Shown here: one piece after another, positions 1-8,652 of the stretch
Position numbering within the stretch: the stretch's first letter is position 1
Layout: every line of letters starts with the position of its first letter
IMG/VR virus record: IMGVR_UViG_3300025000_000092
Location: 2,481-66,480 of that record
DNA length: 64,000 bases
From: a virus
Strand: one strand, 5' to 3'
The notes under the pieces: generated by a model
Databases searched by the model: none
What the model saw: the letters and a program-made list of their open reading frames with translations, nothing else
What the model was told of the DNA's origin: nothing
Position numbers and translations under genes: made by a program

Positions 1-563
1 TGGGCGTCCAGGCAGCGCACGCAGTTCGCGTCGTTGATGTCGCGCACGTGCGAGAACCCGCCGCTCCGATGCTCCTCCGCCTTGCGCCCCACCGGGCACT
101 CCCCCGCGACGGCGTCCCAGGGGTCGGCGTCCCGCCAGCCGTTCCGGTCTGCGATCTGGACCGTCTCCCCGGCGGCCATGGCATCGCGGACCGCCCGCCG
201 GTGCGCCCAAGTCTTGCCGCCGCCGCCCGGGGCCGGTCGCAGGTCCGCGTCCAGTCCGATGGCCTTGTTCTCGATGGTCCTGGCGATGTTGCTGGCGAGC
301 CTCTCGACCATGGCTTCTTCGGCGCGGTTCCATTCCGAGACAACGATCCCCCAGGGGTCCGCTTCCTGAAAGCGCATCTTGCCACCGCGCCCACGCCCGC
401 ACAGTTCCTCAGCAAGATGGTGCATGGCGACACGCGCAGACGGGCCGCTCCCCACGATCTCGATTCCCTCGGCCGTCCTGGTGACCTTCAATCCATCGCC
501 GACACGCAGGTTACCGATGACACAAAGCACGCCATCGGTACGGTCTTCGGGGTGGTCAGACAT
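1..563 (-). CDS. hypothetical phage protein (runs off window start)
   Basis: ATG at 563 with AAGGAG RBS, overlapping the upstream stop; open frame MSDHPEDRTDG... to window edge. Confidence 0.6.
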   Translation of the reverse strand, partial: MSDHPEDRTDGVLCVIGNLRVGDGLKVTRTAEGIEIVGSGPSARVAMHHLAEELCGRGRGGKMRFQEADPWGIVVSEWNRAEEAMVERLASNIARTIENKAIGLDADLRPAPGGGGKTWAHRRAVRDAMAAGETVQIADRNGWRDADPWDAVAGECPVGRKAEEHRSGGFSHVRDINDANCVRCLDA

Positions 564-984
564 CGGTCTTCTCCTTCAGCAGCCCCAGGGCCCGGAGCTG
601 CGCGTCGTACGCGTCCTTGCTGCAGTCGCACTGTTCGCTGCCCAACTCGCGGGCGCACTGCCCGGATGCGGGGCACGAGTACCACGGGTCCTCGCACTCG
701 TAATGCCCCGCCGGCCGCAGATCGGCCAACGCTCGCTCCAATTCGTCGACGCGATCCAGGAGCCGATCTCGCTGCTGCTGCAAGGTGGTCATGGTCATGA
801 CGATCCCGCCGCGAGCTCGCAGGGTCTCGAGGGGAGGGAGCGGTTCGCCCTCGGCCGTTGGCCTGTACGCAGTGGCCGCGACACGATAGGCTTCGCTGGA
901 CGGCTTCCCGCTCTCGTCGTAGTACCGCGGTTCGGCCCGCAGCGCATCCCGCCCTTCCTTCGTGGTCACGTTGTAGTCAGGCAT
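556..984 (-). CDS. hypothetical protein (EPRYYDE module, coiled coil, Cys cluster)
   Basis: ATG with GGAGG RBS; overlaps neighbouring genes in phage fashion. Confidence 0.7.
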   Translation of the reverse strand: MPDYNVTTKEGRDALRAEPRYYDESGKPSSEAYRVAATAYRPTAEGEPLPPLETLRARGGIVMTMTTLQQQRDRLLDRVDELERALADLRPAGHYECEDPWYSCPASGQCARELGSEQCDCSKDAYDAQLRALGLLKEKTDV

Positions 985-1246
985 CCTGGCCTCCTTCGCC
1001 CGCAGGCGCATTTAATACCACGTCCTCCACCGTGATCCCCGCCAGGCGGCAGAGCGTCACGGCCTCGGCAAGCGAGGGCTCTACGGTCGCCCCCGGCGCG
1101 AGCAAGCGGGACAGGCGCCAGTCCGGGATCTTCGAGTCGGTCGCCAAGCGGGCCAGGTCAAAGCGCTCGCGCCCCTTGCCGCCCCAAGAGGCATCCCGGT
1201 AGCGGGTCAGGAGGGCCACGCGGAGAATGGCGGGGGTGTAGGTCAT
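977..1246 (-). CDS. small XRE/HTH-like DNA-binding protein
   Basis: LARLATDSKIPDWRLSRLL...EPSLAEAVTLCRLAGITVED resembles an XRE HTH; AAGGAG RBS. Confidence 0.6.
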   Translation of the reverse strand: MTYTPAILRVALLTRYRDASWGGKGRERFDLARLATDSKIPDWRLSRLLAPGATVEPSLAEAVTLCRLAGITVEDVVLNAPAGEGGQDA

Positions 1247-1701
1247 CACGAACTCCTTTCGGGTGTCTCTTCCCAGGGCTTCAGGCACGGGATCCGCGGC
1301 ACCACGCGGAAGCCCGCTCGCCACTCCAACGCCTTCACGGGTTGGCCCTTGCCGCCCCGGATCCAGACCGAGCACGCCAGGTCACGCCGGCCGCTGTCCT
1401 GCAGCCCGGGCAGTCGGTCGATCTGCCCAGGGCTCAGGTGCAGGGCAAAAGGCGAGACCGTACCGTCGTCGAACAGGACCTCGATGGCGTCCAGCATCCC
1501 CTGGTCCGGCCACGGCCCCCGGAACACGATGACCTCGCGGACCGGCCCGAAGTCCGACAACTCGAACCCGCGGGGGACAAGGATCCGGAAGGTCCGGGCG
1601 TTGACCGACACGTACACCAGCCCGCGACCCGGGAGCGGCGTCTCCCAGTAGTTGGTCGCGATGATCTCGGGGCCGTCGTTGCTGATCTGGATGGTGCCCA
1701 T
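1246..1701 (-). CDS. hypothetical protein
   Basis: 151-aa ORF, GGAGG RBS, globular composition. Confidence 0.75.
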   Translation of the reverse strand: MGTIQISNDGPEIIATNYWETPLPGRGLVYVSVNARTFRILVPRGFELSDFGPVREVIVFRGPWPDQGMLDAIEVLFDDGTVSPFALHLSPGQIDRLPGLQDSGRRDLACSVWIRGGKGQPVKALEWRAGFRVVPRIPCLKPWEETPERSS

Positions 1702-1746
1702 GGGTCCTCCGATGCGTCAGGGGAAGCCGATTGTACCCCTCACGCG

Positions 1747-2070
1747 TCAGCCGGGGGGGGCGTCTTCGGGCGCCGGCTCCGCTTCCAGCCAGAGCTGGGC
1801 CGACCCGTCAAGGCTTCCGAACTTCCGCAGGTCGCTCATGGCCCGCGTCCGCACCGCGATGTACGGGTTCTCGATGGGCGCCCCGGTCCGCGGGTGGAAG
1901 ACGATCTCGCCGTTCCTCCGGATGTTGTCCGCCGCCTCCTGGTAGCTGACGAACGAGTCCGCGTACATCGCGATCTGGTCTGGACGGAACAGTCCTCCGG
2001 TGCAGCCCGCCGACTTCCGGGCCGCCGCGGTAAGGACCTCGACGACCCGTTCCCTCGTCACTTTGCCCAT
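1747..2070 (-). CDS. P27-family terminase small subunit-like protein
   Basis: YADSFVSYQEAADNIRRNGEIVFHPRTGAPIENPYIAV fits the P27 TerS Y..A...I...G....G....NP pattern. Confidence 0.6.
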   Translation of the reverse strand: MGKVTRERVVEVLTAAARKSAGCTGGLFRPDQIAMYADSFVSYQEAADNIRRNGEIVFHPRTGAPIENPYIAVRTRAMSDLRKFGSLDGSAQLWLEAEPAPEDAPPG

Positions 2071-2714
2071 ACCTTCACCCCGCTGAACATTTCCAGAGTG
2101 GACGCATCGAACGCCTCCGTGGTCCGTGTGGCCCGGTGGGCGTCCTCTTTCGTGCACGTGTCCGGAAGGATCGGAAGCTCGGCTTCGATCTCGCGGACCA
2201 GGTCGAAGTCCGGGCCGCCCTCGGTCAAGTCGAACTGCTCGAACCGCGGGTTGAAATTCAGGTTCATGGACCCCCGGCACAATACCCGTAGCCCCGACGC
2301 GGATTCGATGGTCGCGATCTTGGCGTGGCAGCGGACGTACCGGACCGAGTCGGGCCCGAAGATGTCCTTCCACTGGCGGACAATCCCGACGCTACAATCG
2401 TGAGCGGTGGCGCGCGACAGGTTTTTTTCGCGGACCGACTGGTCGATGACCAGGGTCGCGCCCGTCAGCCGCGAATCGAGCATCAGGCGCTGCAAGACCT
2501 GGACCTCGTACTCGGCGATCGTCCAGGTCCAGATTGTGAGGCGGGCGGCCCCGACCTGGTCCAGGACGTGCAGGATGGCATCAATCATACTCCACTGCCC
2601 GCGGGTGATCGCGAACAGGGACATTCCGGGTTCCACGGCGCCGATGCACTCGGCAGCGTTCCCGAAGGACTCTGCGGCGCGGGTGCGGCGCGTGGCTGCT
2701 GCGGAACTGCGCAT
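2058..2714 (-). CDS. phospholipase D-like (HKD-type) nuclease-domain protein
   Basis: CHAKIATI...RGSMNL = HxK...GSxN single PLD motif; AGGAG RBS. Confidence 0.75.
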   Translation of the reverse strand: MRSSAAATRRTRAAESFGNAAECIGAVEPGMSLFAITRGQWSMIDAILHVLDQVGAARLTIWTWTIAEYEVQVLQRLMLDSRLTGATLVIDQSVREKNLSRATAHDCSVGIVRQWKDIFGPDSVRYVRCHAKIATIESASGLRVLCRGSMNLNFNPRFEQFDLTEGGPDFDLVREIEAELPILPDTCTKEDAHRATRTTEAFDASTLEMFSGVKVWAK

Positions 2715-2728
2715 CGTGTCTCCTACCT

Positions 2729-2789
2729 TCCGGCCTCCACTCCGGCCCGCCACCGGCATCGGGTGACGGGCTCAGGTGGGGGTCGGCTA
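2729..2789 (-). repeat. structured intergenic element, copy 1
   Basis: minus strand TAGCCGACCCCCACC-[hairpin]-GGCCGGAGTGGAGGCCGGA; second copy at 3687-3740. Confidence 0.7.
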
Positions 2790-3647
2790 CTCGGCGTCCA
2801 GTAGCCAGGGAGAAGTACCAGGAATGCAGTGCGCGGCTCGCAGGGTAGCCTCGCCGCACCCCGACACAGTGCCGAAGCCGTCGCCCTTGGCCGCGGCGAG
2901 CGCGACCAAGACCTCGTTATCGCGGTGCCACTGTCCGACGAGCCCCGCACGATCCTGCTCTCGCAGGGTCAGCTTTCGCCAACCCGCCTGACGCGCAGCC
3001 TCGTACAGCAGACGGGACACGCCTCGATTGATCTCGGCGAGGGTTGCGCCCGCCGGCACAAACGCGGGCGCCTCCGTCGCAACCCGCTCCACATCCGCCA
3101 AATCCAGGAACGGGTAGTACCGCGTTGCGTGCCACTGCACGACCCGGACGATCTGCGTGTCGGTGGACGGACACCAGCGCAGCGCGCCCCAGTCTTTGGA
3201 CCATTCCGATCCGCTTGCGCCGATGCGCATCCGGACGGACGGCCCCTCGGGACCGTCGTGGCGGTCGACGCCAAGCGGGAATACGGCGTCCCCACCCAGG
3301 ATCAGGCCCATGCGCCGGGCCTGCTGTGCCGCCGTTACGGGCTCCTCGTGCCGGTACGACACGATCCCGTCACCGTCCCGGATGGCAATGCGGTCGCGAA
3401 TCGCGCCGTCGAACCGCCCATGCCGGCGGCTGACTTCGACGAGGATGGTGCCGCTATCGAGGTCCAGTCCCTGTTGGACGAGCAGATCGACGCGCTTTGC
3501 CGGGACACCGCGAAGGGTGTAGCGGTCGCACCGGCAGGACGCGGACAAAAACACCACGTCCGCTGTCGCCTCCAGCTCCAGTGCTAGTGTCCCGTCGCTG
3601 TAGCAGATCCACCGCCCCAAGACCTCCGGTCTGTCGTTCATCGTCAT
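2787..3647 (-). CDS. hypothetical protein
   Basis: 286-aa ORF with GGGAG RBS. Confidence 0.75.
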   Translation of the reverse strand: MTMNDRPEVLGRWICYSDGTLALELEATADVVFLSASCRCDRYTLRGVPAKRVDLLVQQGLDLDSGTILVEVSRRHGRFDGAIRDRIAIRDGDGIVSYRHEEPVTAAQQARRMGLILGGDAVFPLGVDRHDGPEGPSVRMRIGASGSEWSKDWGALRWCPSTDTQIVRVVQWHATRYYPFLDLADVERVATEAPAFVPAGATLAEINRGVSRLLYEAARQAGWRKLTLREQDRAGLVGQWHRDNEVLVALAAAKGDGFGTVSGCGEATLRAAHCIPGTSPWLLDAE

Positions 3648-3686
3648 TTCTCCCGGCCCGGGGTCTGATTCCCGGGCTCAAATGGG

Positions 3687-3740
3687 TCCGGCCTCCCTCC
3701 GGCCCCCGAGTCGCCTCGGGAGTCGGGTGGGGGTCGGCTA
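3687..3740 (-). repeat. structured intergenic element, copy 2
   Basis: minus strand TAGCCGACCCCCACC-[hairpin]-GGCCGGAGGGAGGCCGGA. Confidence 0.7.
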
Positions 3741-4592
3741 GTACCCCCGGCGAAGGTCCTCTGCCCGCTCGGCCTCGGCGCGGGCGGCCTCAGTCGCCGC
3801 GTCCTGCCGTGCCTCGCGCACGATGTCCAGGATGTCCTGCGCCGCGCAGTCCGGATCGTCCGCGAGAGCCTGGCGGACGATGATCCCCAGGTCGTCGGTC
3901 CCGTCGCTGGCATCCGGGTCCAGGGCGCAGACCTCTGCCAGGAGATCCACGACCCGGGTTGCACCGCGATCGGCGGTCACCCTCAGGCCCACGCGCGCCG
4001 CCGGGGCGCCGCACTTGTAGCAGCCGCCGTCCCACTCGGCCAGCGCGTCGCTGTCGTTGACCGGGTCCAGGTGGGCGCCGCACGCGGAGCAGTCGGCCCA
4101 CTCGGTCACGCCGTCATGGGCGCGGAAGCCGGCGGGGAGAACGTCGTCCCGCTCCACGAGCGCCAGATCATCCGCGCACGTCCCGACGATTTTGCGCGTC
4201 GCGTCCCAGCTCCACACCTCGCCCGTTTCGACCACGTCCGCGCCGCCGAACGTCGGCAGGTCGTCCGTGATCTCCATGGCCCCGGCCTTCAGCGCGCTGA
4301 ACAGGTCGGTCAGGGACTCGACGGTGCCGATATCGTCCGCCGTGATCCGGAGTCCGCAGGCGAACAGCCCGCCCAGCGCTTCGGCCTGGCCCAAGCGGAC
4401 CGCGCGCAGCAGGGCGGACCGGGTGTCGTCCCAGACCTCGGCCTCACACTCGTCCTGACCAAGCCCTTCGATCTCGTCCTGGGGCAGGTCCGCGTCCACG
4501 AACGCAACCGCCGCCTCGTGCGTCGGGAACCGGACCAGCATGTGCGAGTCGAACATCACCACGCCGTTGACCACGTTGAAGCTGCTGTTCAT
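3738..4592 (-). CDS. acidic multi-module hypothetical protein with Zn-ribbon (CSAC...CYKC)
   Basis: ATG 4592 with GGGAG RBS, downstream of a near-consensus promoter. Confidence 0.75.
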   Translation of the reverse strand: MNSSFNVVNGVVMFDSHMLVRFPTHEAAVAFVDADLPQDEIEGLGQDECEAEVWDDTRSALLRAVRLGQAEALGGLFACGLRITADDIGTVESLTDLFSALKAGAMEITDDLPTFGGADVVETGEVWSWDATRKIVGTCADDLALVERDDVLPAGFRAHDGVTEWADCSACGAHLDPVNDSDALAEWDGGCYKCGAPAARVGLRVTADRGATRVVDLLAEVCALDPDASDGTDDLGIIVRQALADDPDCAAQDILDIVREARQDAATEAARAEAERAEDLRRGY

Positions 4593-4651
4593 CTTCTTGT
4601 CTCCCCGTTTTTCACCCCAGGCCCGAGGCCCCCGCCTCAACCCGATGACCC

Positions 4652-4679
4652 ATTCTACCATCGTTGCGGGGAGAGTCAA
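4652..4679 (-). promoter_or_regulatory. sigma70-type promoter for the accessory operon
   Basis: TTGACT-16 nt-TAGAAT with extended -10 TG and upstream A-tract, in a GC-rich background. Confidence 0.7.
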
Positions 4680-4869
4680 GACTTTTTTCGCAAGCACGTG
4701 GAAGTCGGTGGAGAGACTGACAAAGATCATGATCGGCGCCGGAGGTCCAGGCCTGGCGCCGCGTGCCTCGAAAAGCGCACCCGATCCCCCCAACGATTCC
4801 AAGTACCTCCCCGATCCGGTTGCGGTTGCAGGCGGCCAAGTTCGCGATTACCCTAGATCGATGGGGTTT

Positions 4870-4894
4870 CGGGTTCGAATCCCGTCTCCCCGAC
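4870..4894 (+). other. probable attP core (3' end of a tRNA, likely tRNA-Pro)
   Basis: CGGGTTCGAATCCCGTCTCCCCGAC = T-arm plus acceptor 3' strand ending CCGA, typical of tRNA-Pro; 30 nt from the integrase stop; no 5' tRNA half seen. Confidence 0.75.
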
Positions 4895-4923
4895 TTTCAC
4901 TTTTCAAATCGGCCGGTTCCACG

Positions 4924-6114
4924 TCAGGCCCGGCGCGACGTCGCAGCGTTGGTTGCAGCCTCGCGCGCCGCCTCCAGCGCGTCCAGCCTCCCGGCCGCAG
5001 CCGAGAGCTGGTGCTGGAAGACGTGGATGTACCTGCCTTCCGTGATCTTCGTGTTCGCGTGCCCCAGGATCCGGGACACCGTGACCAGGTCCACACCAGC
5101 CTCGATGAGGCGGGACCCGTAGGTGTGCCGCAGCGCGTGGACGGGAGCGTGGTCGACGCCCGCCGTTCGGCACGCCTGCGCCATCTGCACCTCGAAGCGG
5201 TCCGGTCCGCAGAACCGCTCGCCGCCGACCGTCCGCAGGATCCACCCCGTCTTCGGCTGGCCCGCCCGCATCCATGCCTCGGTCAGCAGCCGCGACAGGC
5301 CCGCGGTCAGAGGCACCGCTCGCGCCCGCCGGCCCTTGGGGCGGTAGCCGATCTCGGGCACGTCCCCGATGGTCAGCATCCCGAGGGTCCGATCCCAGTC
5401 CTGCCACCGCCTTGTGATGGCCTCCCCGATCCGCAGCCCGGCGGACAGGCAGGCCTCGAACCCGAGCCGGAACACGTCGCTCATGGGCGTGGCCCGGAGC
5501 GCGTCCGTTTCCTCGTGGGACAGCGCTCGCCTCGAGGTCCCCGACCCGATGCCCAGGTCCCGCAGCAGTTCCGCCGGGTCCTGCCCCTGCCACCATCCCC
5601 GCCGGCGCGCCCAGGACAGCACCATCCCCAGGATCTGCACTTCGTGGGCGATGGTGGGCGGCTTCACGGTCCGCCGCCGGTCCTGGACGTAGCGGATCAT
5701 CGTCGCCCGGGACAGGGTGTAGAGTGGCGCCTCGCCCAGGACTCTCGCCAAGGCCCGGGTCGCCCGCCGATAGTTGGCCTGCGTGCATGATGCCAGCCTC
5801 GTGTCCTCCGCTCGTTCCAGGCGCCAGGCCTCCAGGAGCGGGCCCAGCCGGGTCGGCGTCGGCCCCGACTCCGTGTCCAGGAGCGCCCCCGCCTGGATAT
5901 CGACGATCAGCCGCCCCGCGAGCGCTTCGGCGTCGGTTTCTGTCGGAGCCTCGACAAAGCGCCGGCCGCCCGGGATGCTGTCTCCCGAGAGGACCACGCC
6001 CCATCGCGGGCGCCCGTTGCGGGTGCCCCACTTCGCGACCCGGATCTGGACGGGGGCGCTGCCCCCGGAAACACCGTGATCTGGCCCATGTCGCTCTCCC
6101 CTCTTTCCTCGCAC
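4924..6114 (-). CDS. int: tyrosine integrase
   Basis: GLRIGE (R), PKG (K), HALRH, LGH, and catalytic Tyr in RYIH; start uncertain (GTG 6114 with GGAGGAGG). Confidence 0.92.
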   Translation of the reverse strand: MRGKRGERHGPDHGVSGGSAPVQIRVAKWGTRNGRPRWGVVLSGDSIPGGRRFVEAPTETDAEALAGRLIVDIQAGALLDTESGPTPTRLGPLLEAWRLERAEDTRLASCTQANYRRATRALARVLGEAPLYTLSRATMIRYVQDRRRTVKPPTIAHEVQILGMVLSWARRRGWWQGQDPAELLRDLGIGSGTSRRALSHEETDALRATPMSDVFRLGFEACLSAGLRIGEAITRRWQDWDRTLGMLTIGDVPEIGYRPKGRRARAVPLTAGLSRLLTEAWMRAGQPKTGWILRTVGGERFCGPDRFEVQMAQACRTAGVDHAPVHALRHTYGSRLIEAGVDLVTVSRILGHANTKITEGRYIHVFQHQLSAAAGRLDALEAAREAATNAATSRRA

Positions 6115-6254
6115 GGAACCTCCTCCCTGGCCGCCTGCAACCGCTGCACCGGGGCGATGTCCTCTCCGCGCTCGAGGACAACGACGGCGAGTGTAGCGCC
6201 TTCCGGCAGTGCGTGCCCGCAGCACGGGCAGCGGTGATGCTTGCGGGTGGTCAT
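5907..6254 (-). CDS. small CxCC-containing ORF overlapping the int 5' end
   Basis: ATG just after the upstream stop; MTTRKHHRCPCCGH; long overlap with int makes it doubtful. Confidence 0.35.
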   Translation of the reverse strand: MTTRKHHRCPCCGHALPEGATLAVVVLERGEDIAPVQRLQAAREEVPCEERGESDMGQITVFPGAAPPSRSGSRSGAPATGARDGAWSSRETASRAAGALSRLRQKPTPKRSRGG

Positions 6255-6257
6255 CCC

Positions 6258-6494
6258 CTAGACTCCCTCGAACGCGCGGCCGTCCAGTGCGCCGTTCAGG
6301 CTCTCGACCAGGCGCTCCGCCTCGTCCAGCGACCGCTTCACGGCGGCCGGCTGGCACAGGCGCAGCTTCCCGCCCCGGGCGTCACGGACGCCGACCCAGG
6401 CGCCGGGCCCGCGGGACTCGGCGACGGTCCCGAGCCGGATCACCCACCCCTCGCCCTCGCGGACCACGATGCAGACCGGCGTGCCCTCGTTCAC
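6258..6494 (-). CDS. hypothetical protein
   Basis: GTG start overlapping upstream TGA, GGAGG RBS. Confidence 0.65.
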   Translation of the reverse strand: MNEGTPVCIVVREGEGWVIRLGTVAESRGPGAWVGVRDARGGKLRLCQPAAVKRSLDEAERLVESLNGALDGRAFEGV

Positions 6495-6739
6495 AGCAGC
6501 CTCCCCTGCCGCCCCTGCACGACCCGAAGATCGCCGGGGCAAGCGTTCACGATCCGGCCGGAGTCCAGCCGCACCAGGTGGTTCTTCTTCGACGCGTCGG
6601 GGCGCGGCGTCCACAGGATCTCGCCGTACTGGTCCATCAGGGGGAACATCCACGCAAGCGAGCCCCGGGCCCGACGCGAGACATCCGGGTACGCGAACTG
6701 GACGGTCGCGCCGCGGGCGATGATCCACTGCGTGCTCAT
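6491..6739 (-). CDS. hypothetical protein
   Basis: ATGA overlap, GGAGG RBS. Confidence 0.65.
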   Translation of the reverse strand: MSTQWIIARGATVQFAYPDVSRRARGSLAWMFPLMDQYGEILWTPRPDASKKNHLVRLDSGRIVNACPGDLRVVQGRQGRLL

Positions 6740-7026
6740 GGAGTGGTCCCCTCCCCCATCGCCGCCCGCCGCTTCGCCAACGCCGCCGGGGACCAGGTGC
6801 ACCAGAAGCCCGGCTCCGGGGCGACGGACGCGGCACCGTCCCGGGGGTCGGGCGCCAGGCGCATGGTCATCCCCGAGTGCGCGCGGTAGTCATCCGCCCA
6901 CGCCGGGAGGCCGTCGTTGCACCGCCAGGCCTCGGCGTGGTCGGTGTAGACCTCGGTGCGGACCATGCCCGGGGCCTCGGGGTCGTGCCAGTGCAGGACG
7001 TAGACGGTGGGGGTGGGGTCACGCAT
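6736..7026 (-). CDS. hypothetical protein
   Basis: 96-aa ORF, coupled to neighbours. Confidence 0.65.
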   Translation of the reverse strand: MRDPTPTVYVLHWHDPEAPGMVRTEVYTDHAEAWRCNDGLPAWADDYRAHSGMTMRLAPDPRDGAASVAPEPGFWCTWSPAALAKRRAAMGEGTTP

Positions 7027-7858
7027 CGCCGACCCTCCGAAACGTCACCGCCCACACCCACGGGTTGCTCGCCCAGGGGAAGCCGCGGGCGGCGTTGATG
7101 CGGTTCCATAGGATGGCGAACTTGTAGGTCGGGCTGAATACGTGAGTCTCGCTCGGCTTCGGATTCTCGTCGCCGATCTTGAGCGCCCCCTTGATCACGA
7201 GCGCCTCTTCCGGCACCCCCTCCGCCCGCGCGTCCTCTTCGGTGATGTCCTGGAGGCGCTGGACGCGGACCTCGGCGACCTCCAAGGCCAGGCGGGACAG
7301 GTCGCGACGCATGTGGACGGAAGGGAACCAGGGGAACCCCTCGCCTCGCGGCCAGAGCTTCACGTTGCTGGGACGCGCTTCATCTGGGTTGGTGGTGAAG
7401 TACGGCGCTTCCGGGGACGTGGGGCGCCAAATGGGCGGGATTTCGCCGTCTGCGCGGTAGACGACTCGATACCGAACCTCGCATCCTCCGAGCCTCGTTT
7501 GATTCCCCGGGATGCCGGCGCGGCCCGGGATTGAGTAGCGACCCGACGCGATCTGACACGGGTGCGCTTCGGTGAACGTCTCCTTGACCCACAGCCGATC
7601 GCCCGGGGCGCCGTAGGGGCACAGTTGCAGCATTTCGTGTCCGGGGTTAGCGTTGGCGGCGTCACCATCGCCGAAATCATGCTGCTTCCAAACCCACCCT
7701 CGGGATTCGCAGTCGCGCACGACCACGCTATTCCACTTGTGTACCTGCGCAAATTCGGGCTGCGGCCAGACCACCCGCCGCGTCTGCGTCTTCCTGCCGT
7801 CCAGGATCGCCCGCACGGACTCCCCGGACATGATGATCGGTCGTTCACGCATCGCCAT
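7019..7858 (-). CDS. ASCH/PUA-like phage protein
   Basis: ERPIIMSGESVRAILDGRKTQTRR ... GDRLWVKE ... WASNPWVWAVTF. Confidence 0.8.
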   Translation of the reverse strand: MAMRERPIIMSGESVRAILDGRKTQTRRVVWPQPEFAQVHKWNSVVVRDCESRGWVWKQHDFGDGDAANANPGHEMLQLCPYGAPGDRLWVKETFTEAHPCQIASGRYSIPGRAGIPGNQTRLGGCEVRYRVVYRADGEIPPIWRPTSPEAPYFTTNPDEARPSNVKLWPRGEGFPWFPSVHMRRDLSRLALEVAEVRVQRLQDITEEDARAEGVPEEALVIKGALKIGDENPKPSETHVFSPTYKFAILWNRINAARGFPWASNPWVWAVTFRRVGDA

Positions 7859-8162
7859 CCTCCATCTTCGCGTCCCAAGCCCGATCCGCCTCCTCCATCG
7901 TCGCCCCGGACGCGATCACGCCACGGCGGCAGATGTGGACCTGGGTGCCGTCGTCCTCGTAAATCGTAAACGCGCGCCCCGGCGCACAGGCGGACTTGAG
8001 GAAGCGGCGCGCGGCGTCCAGTTCCGCTTCCAACCCTGCGATCAGTTCGTCCCGCTTCCGGAGCGCGGCGAACACCACGGACTGCGCGTGTCCGGGGCAG
8101 CGGTCCGCGGGCAGGGTGCAGAGCGGGCAGTGGTCACGGTCGGTCTTCACGCGGTCAGACAT
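7845..8162 (-). CDS. hypothetical protein
   Basis: GGAGG RBS; CPLC motif and coiled coil. Confidence 0.6.
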   Translation of the reverse strand: MSDRVKTDRDHCPLCTLPADRCPGHAQSVVFAALRKRDELIAGLEAELDAARRFLKSACAPGRAFTIYEDDGTQVHICRRGVIASGATMEEADRAWDAKMEDGDA

Positions 8163-8652
8163 TGGCGTCCTCCAACCGCCCGGCGGCTTCGAGGGCGTCG
8201 GCAGCGGCATTGAGGGCGGCGGGCACGTCAAGGAAGTCGTTCTGATCCTCTCCGATGGCATCTCGCCAATCGTCCATCGCTTCGATGATCTCGCGGTCGG
8301 CAGCATCCCAATCGAGTCGCCACCCGTCCCCGGTCGGAACGGCGTTGACCCCCAGGCTCAGCACCGCCTCCCGCCGCCGGCACGCCCGCAGCTCCCCCTC
8401 CAACTCCACGATCCGTCCCTGGCACTCCCGCATCCCCTCGCACGAGGGGCAGCAACACGCCTCGCTGTGGGGCGCGTGCAAGAGGGCGTCGTGGGCGGAT
8501 TCCAACTCCACGATCCTCCCCTGCATGGACATCAGAGTGGGGGCGGCGTTACGAAGGGCGGCGATGTAGCGCCACGGCCCCCTCGTCGCCCGCGCTTCCA
8601 ACTCGCTCAGCTCCGCGATCTGCTCCGGGCCCAGTGCGTCAGTCGTTTCCAC
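8155..8652 (-). CDS. Ead/Ea22-like hypothetical protein
   Basis: LEARATRGPW...IAALRNAAPTL pattern; GTG with AAGGAGG. Confidence 0.55.
   Translation of the reverse strand: METTDALGPEQIAELSELEARATRGPWRYIAALRNAAPTLMSMQGRIVELESAHDALLHAPHSEACCCPSCEGMRECQGRIVELEGELRACRRREAVLSLGVNAVPTGDGWRLDWDAADREIIEAMDDWRDAIGEDQNDFLDVPAALNAAADALEAAGRLEDANV

Noticed and set aside
4855-4900. Complete tRNA gene
   Set aside because: Only the T-arm and 3' acceptor strand are present, with no matching 5' strand, D-arm or anticodon arm; treated as att core
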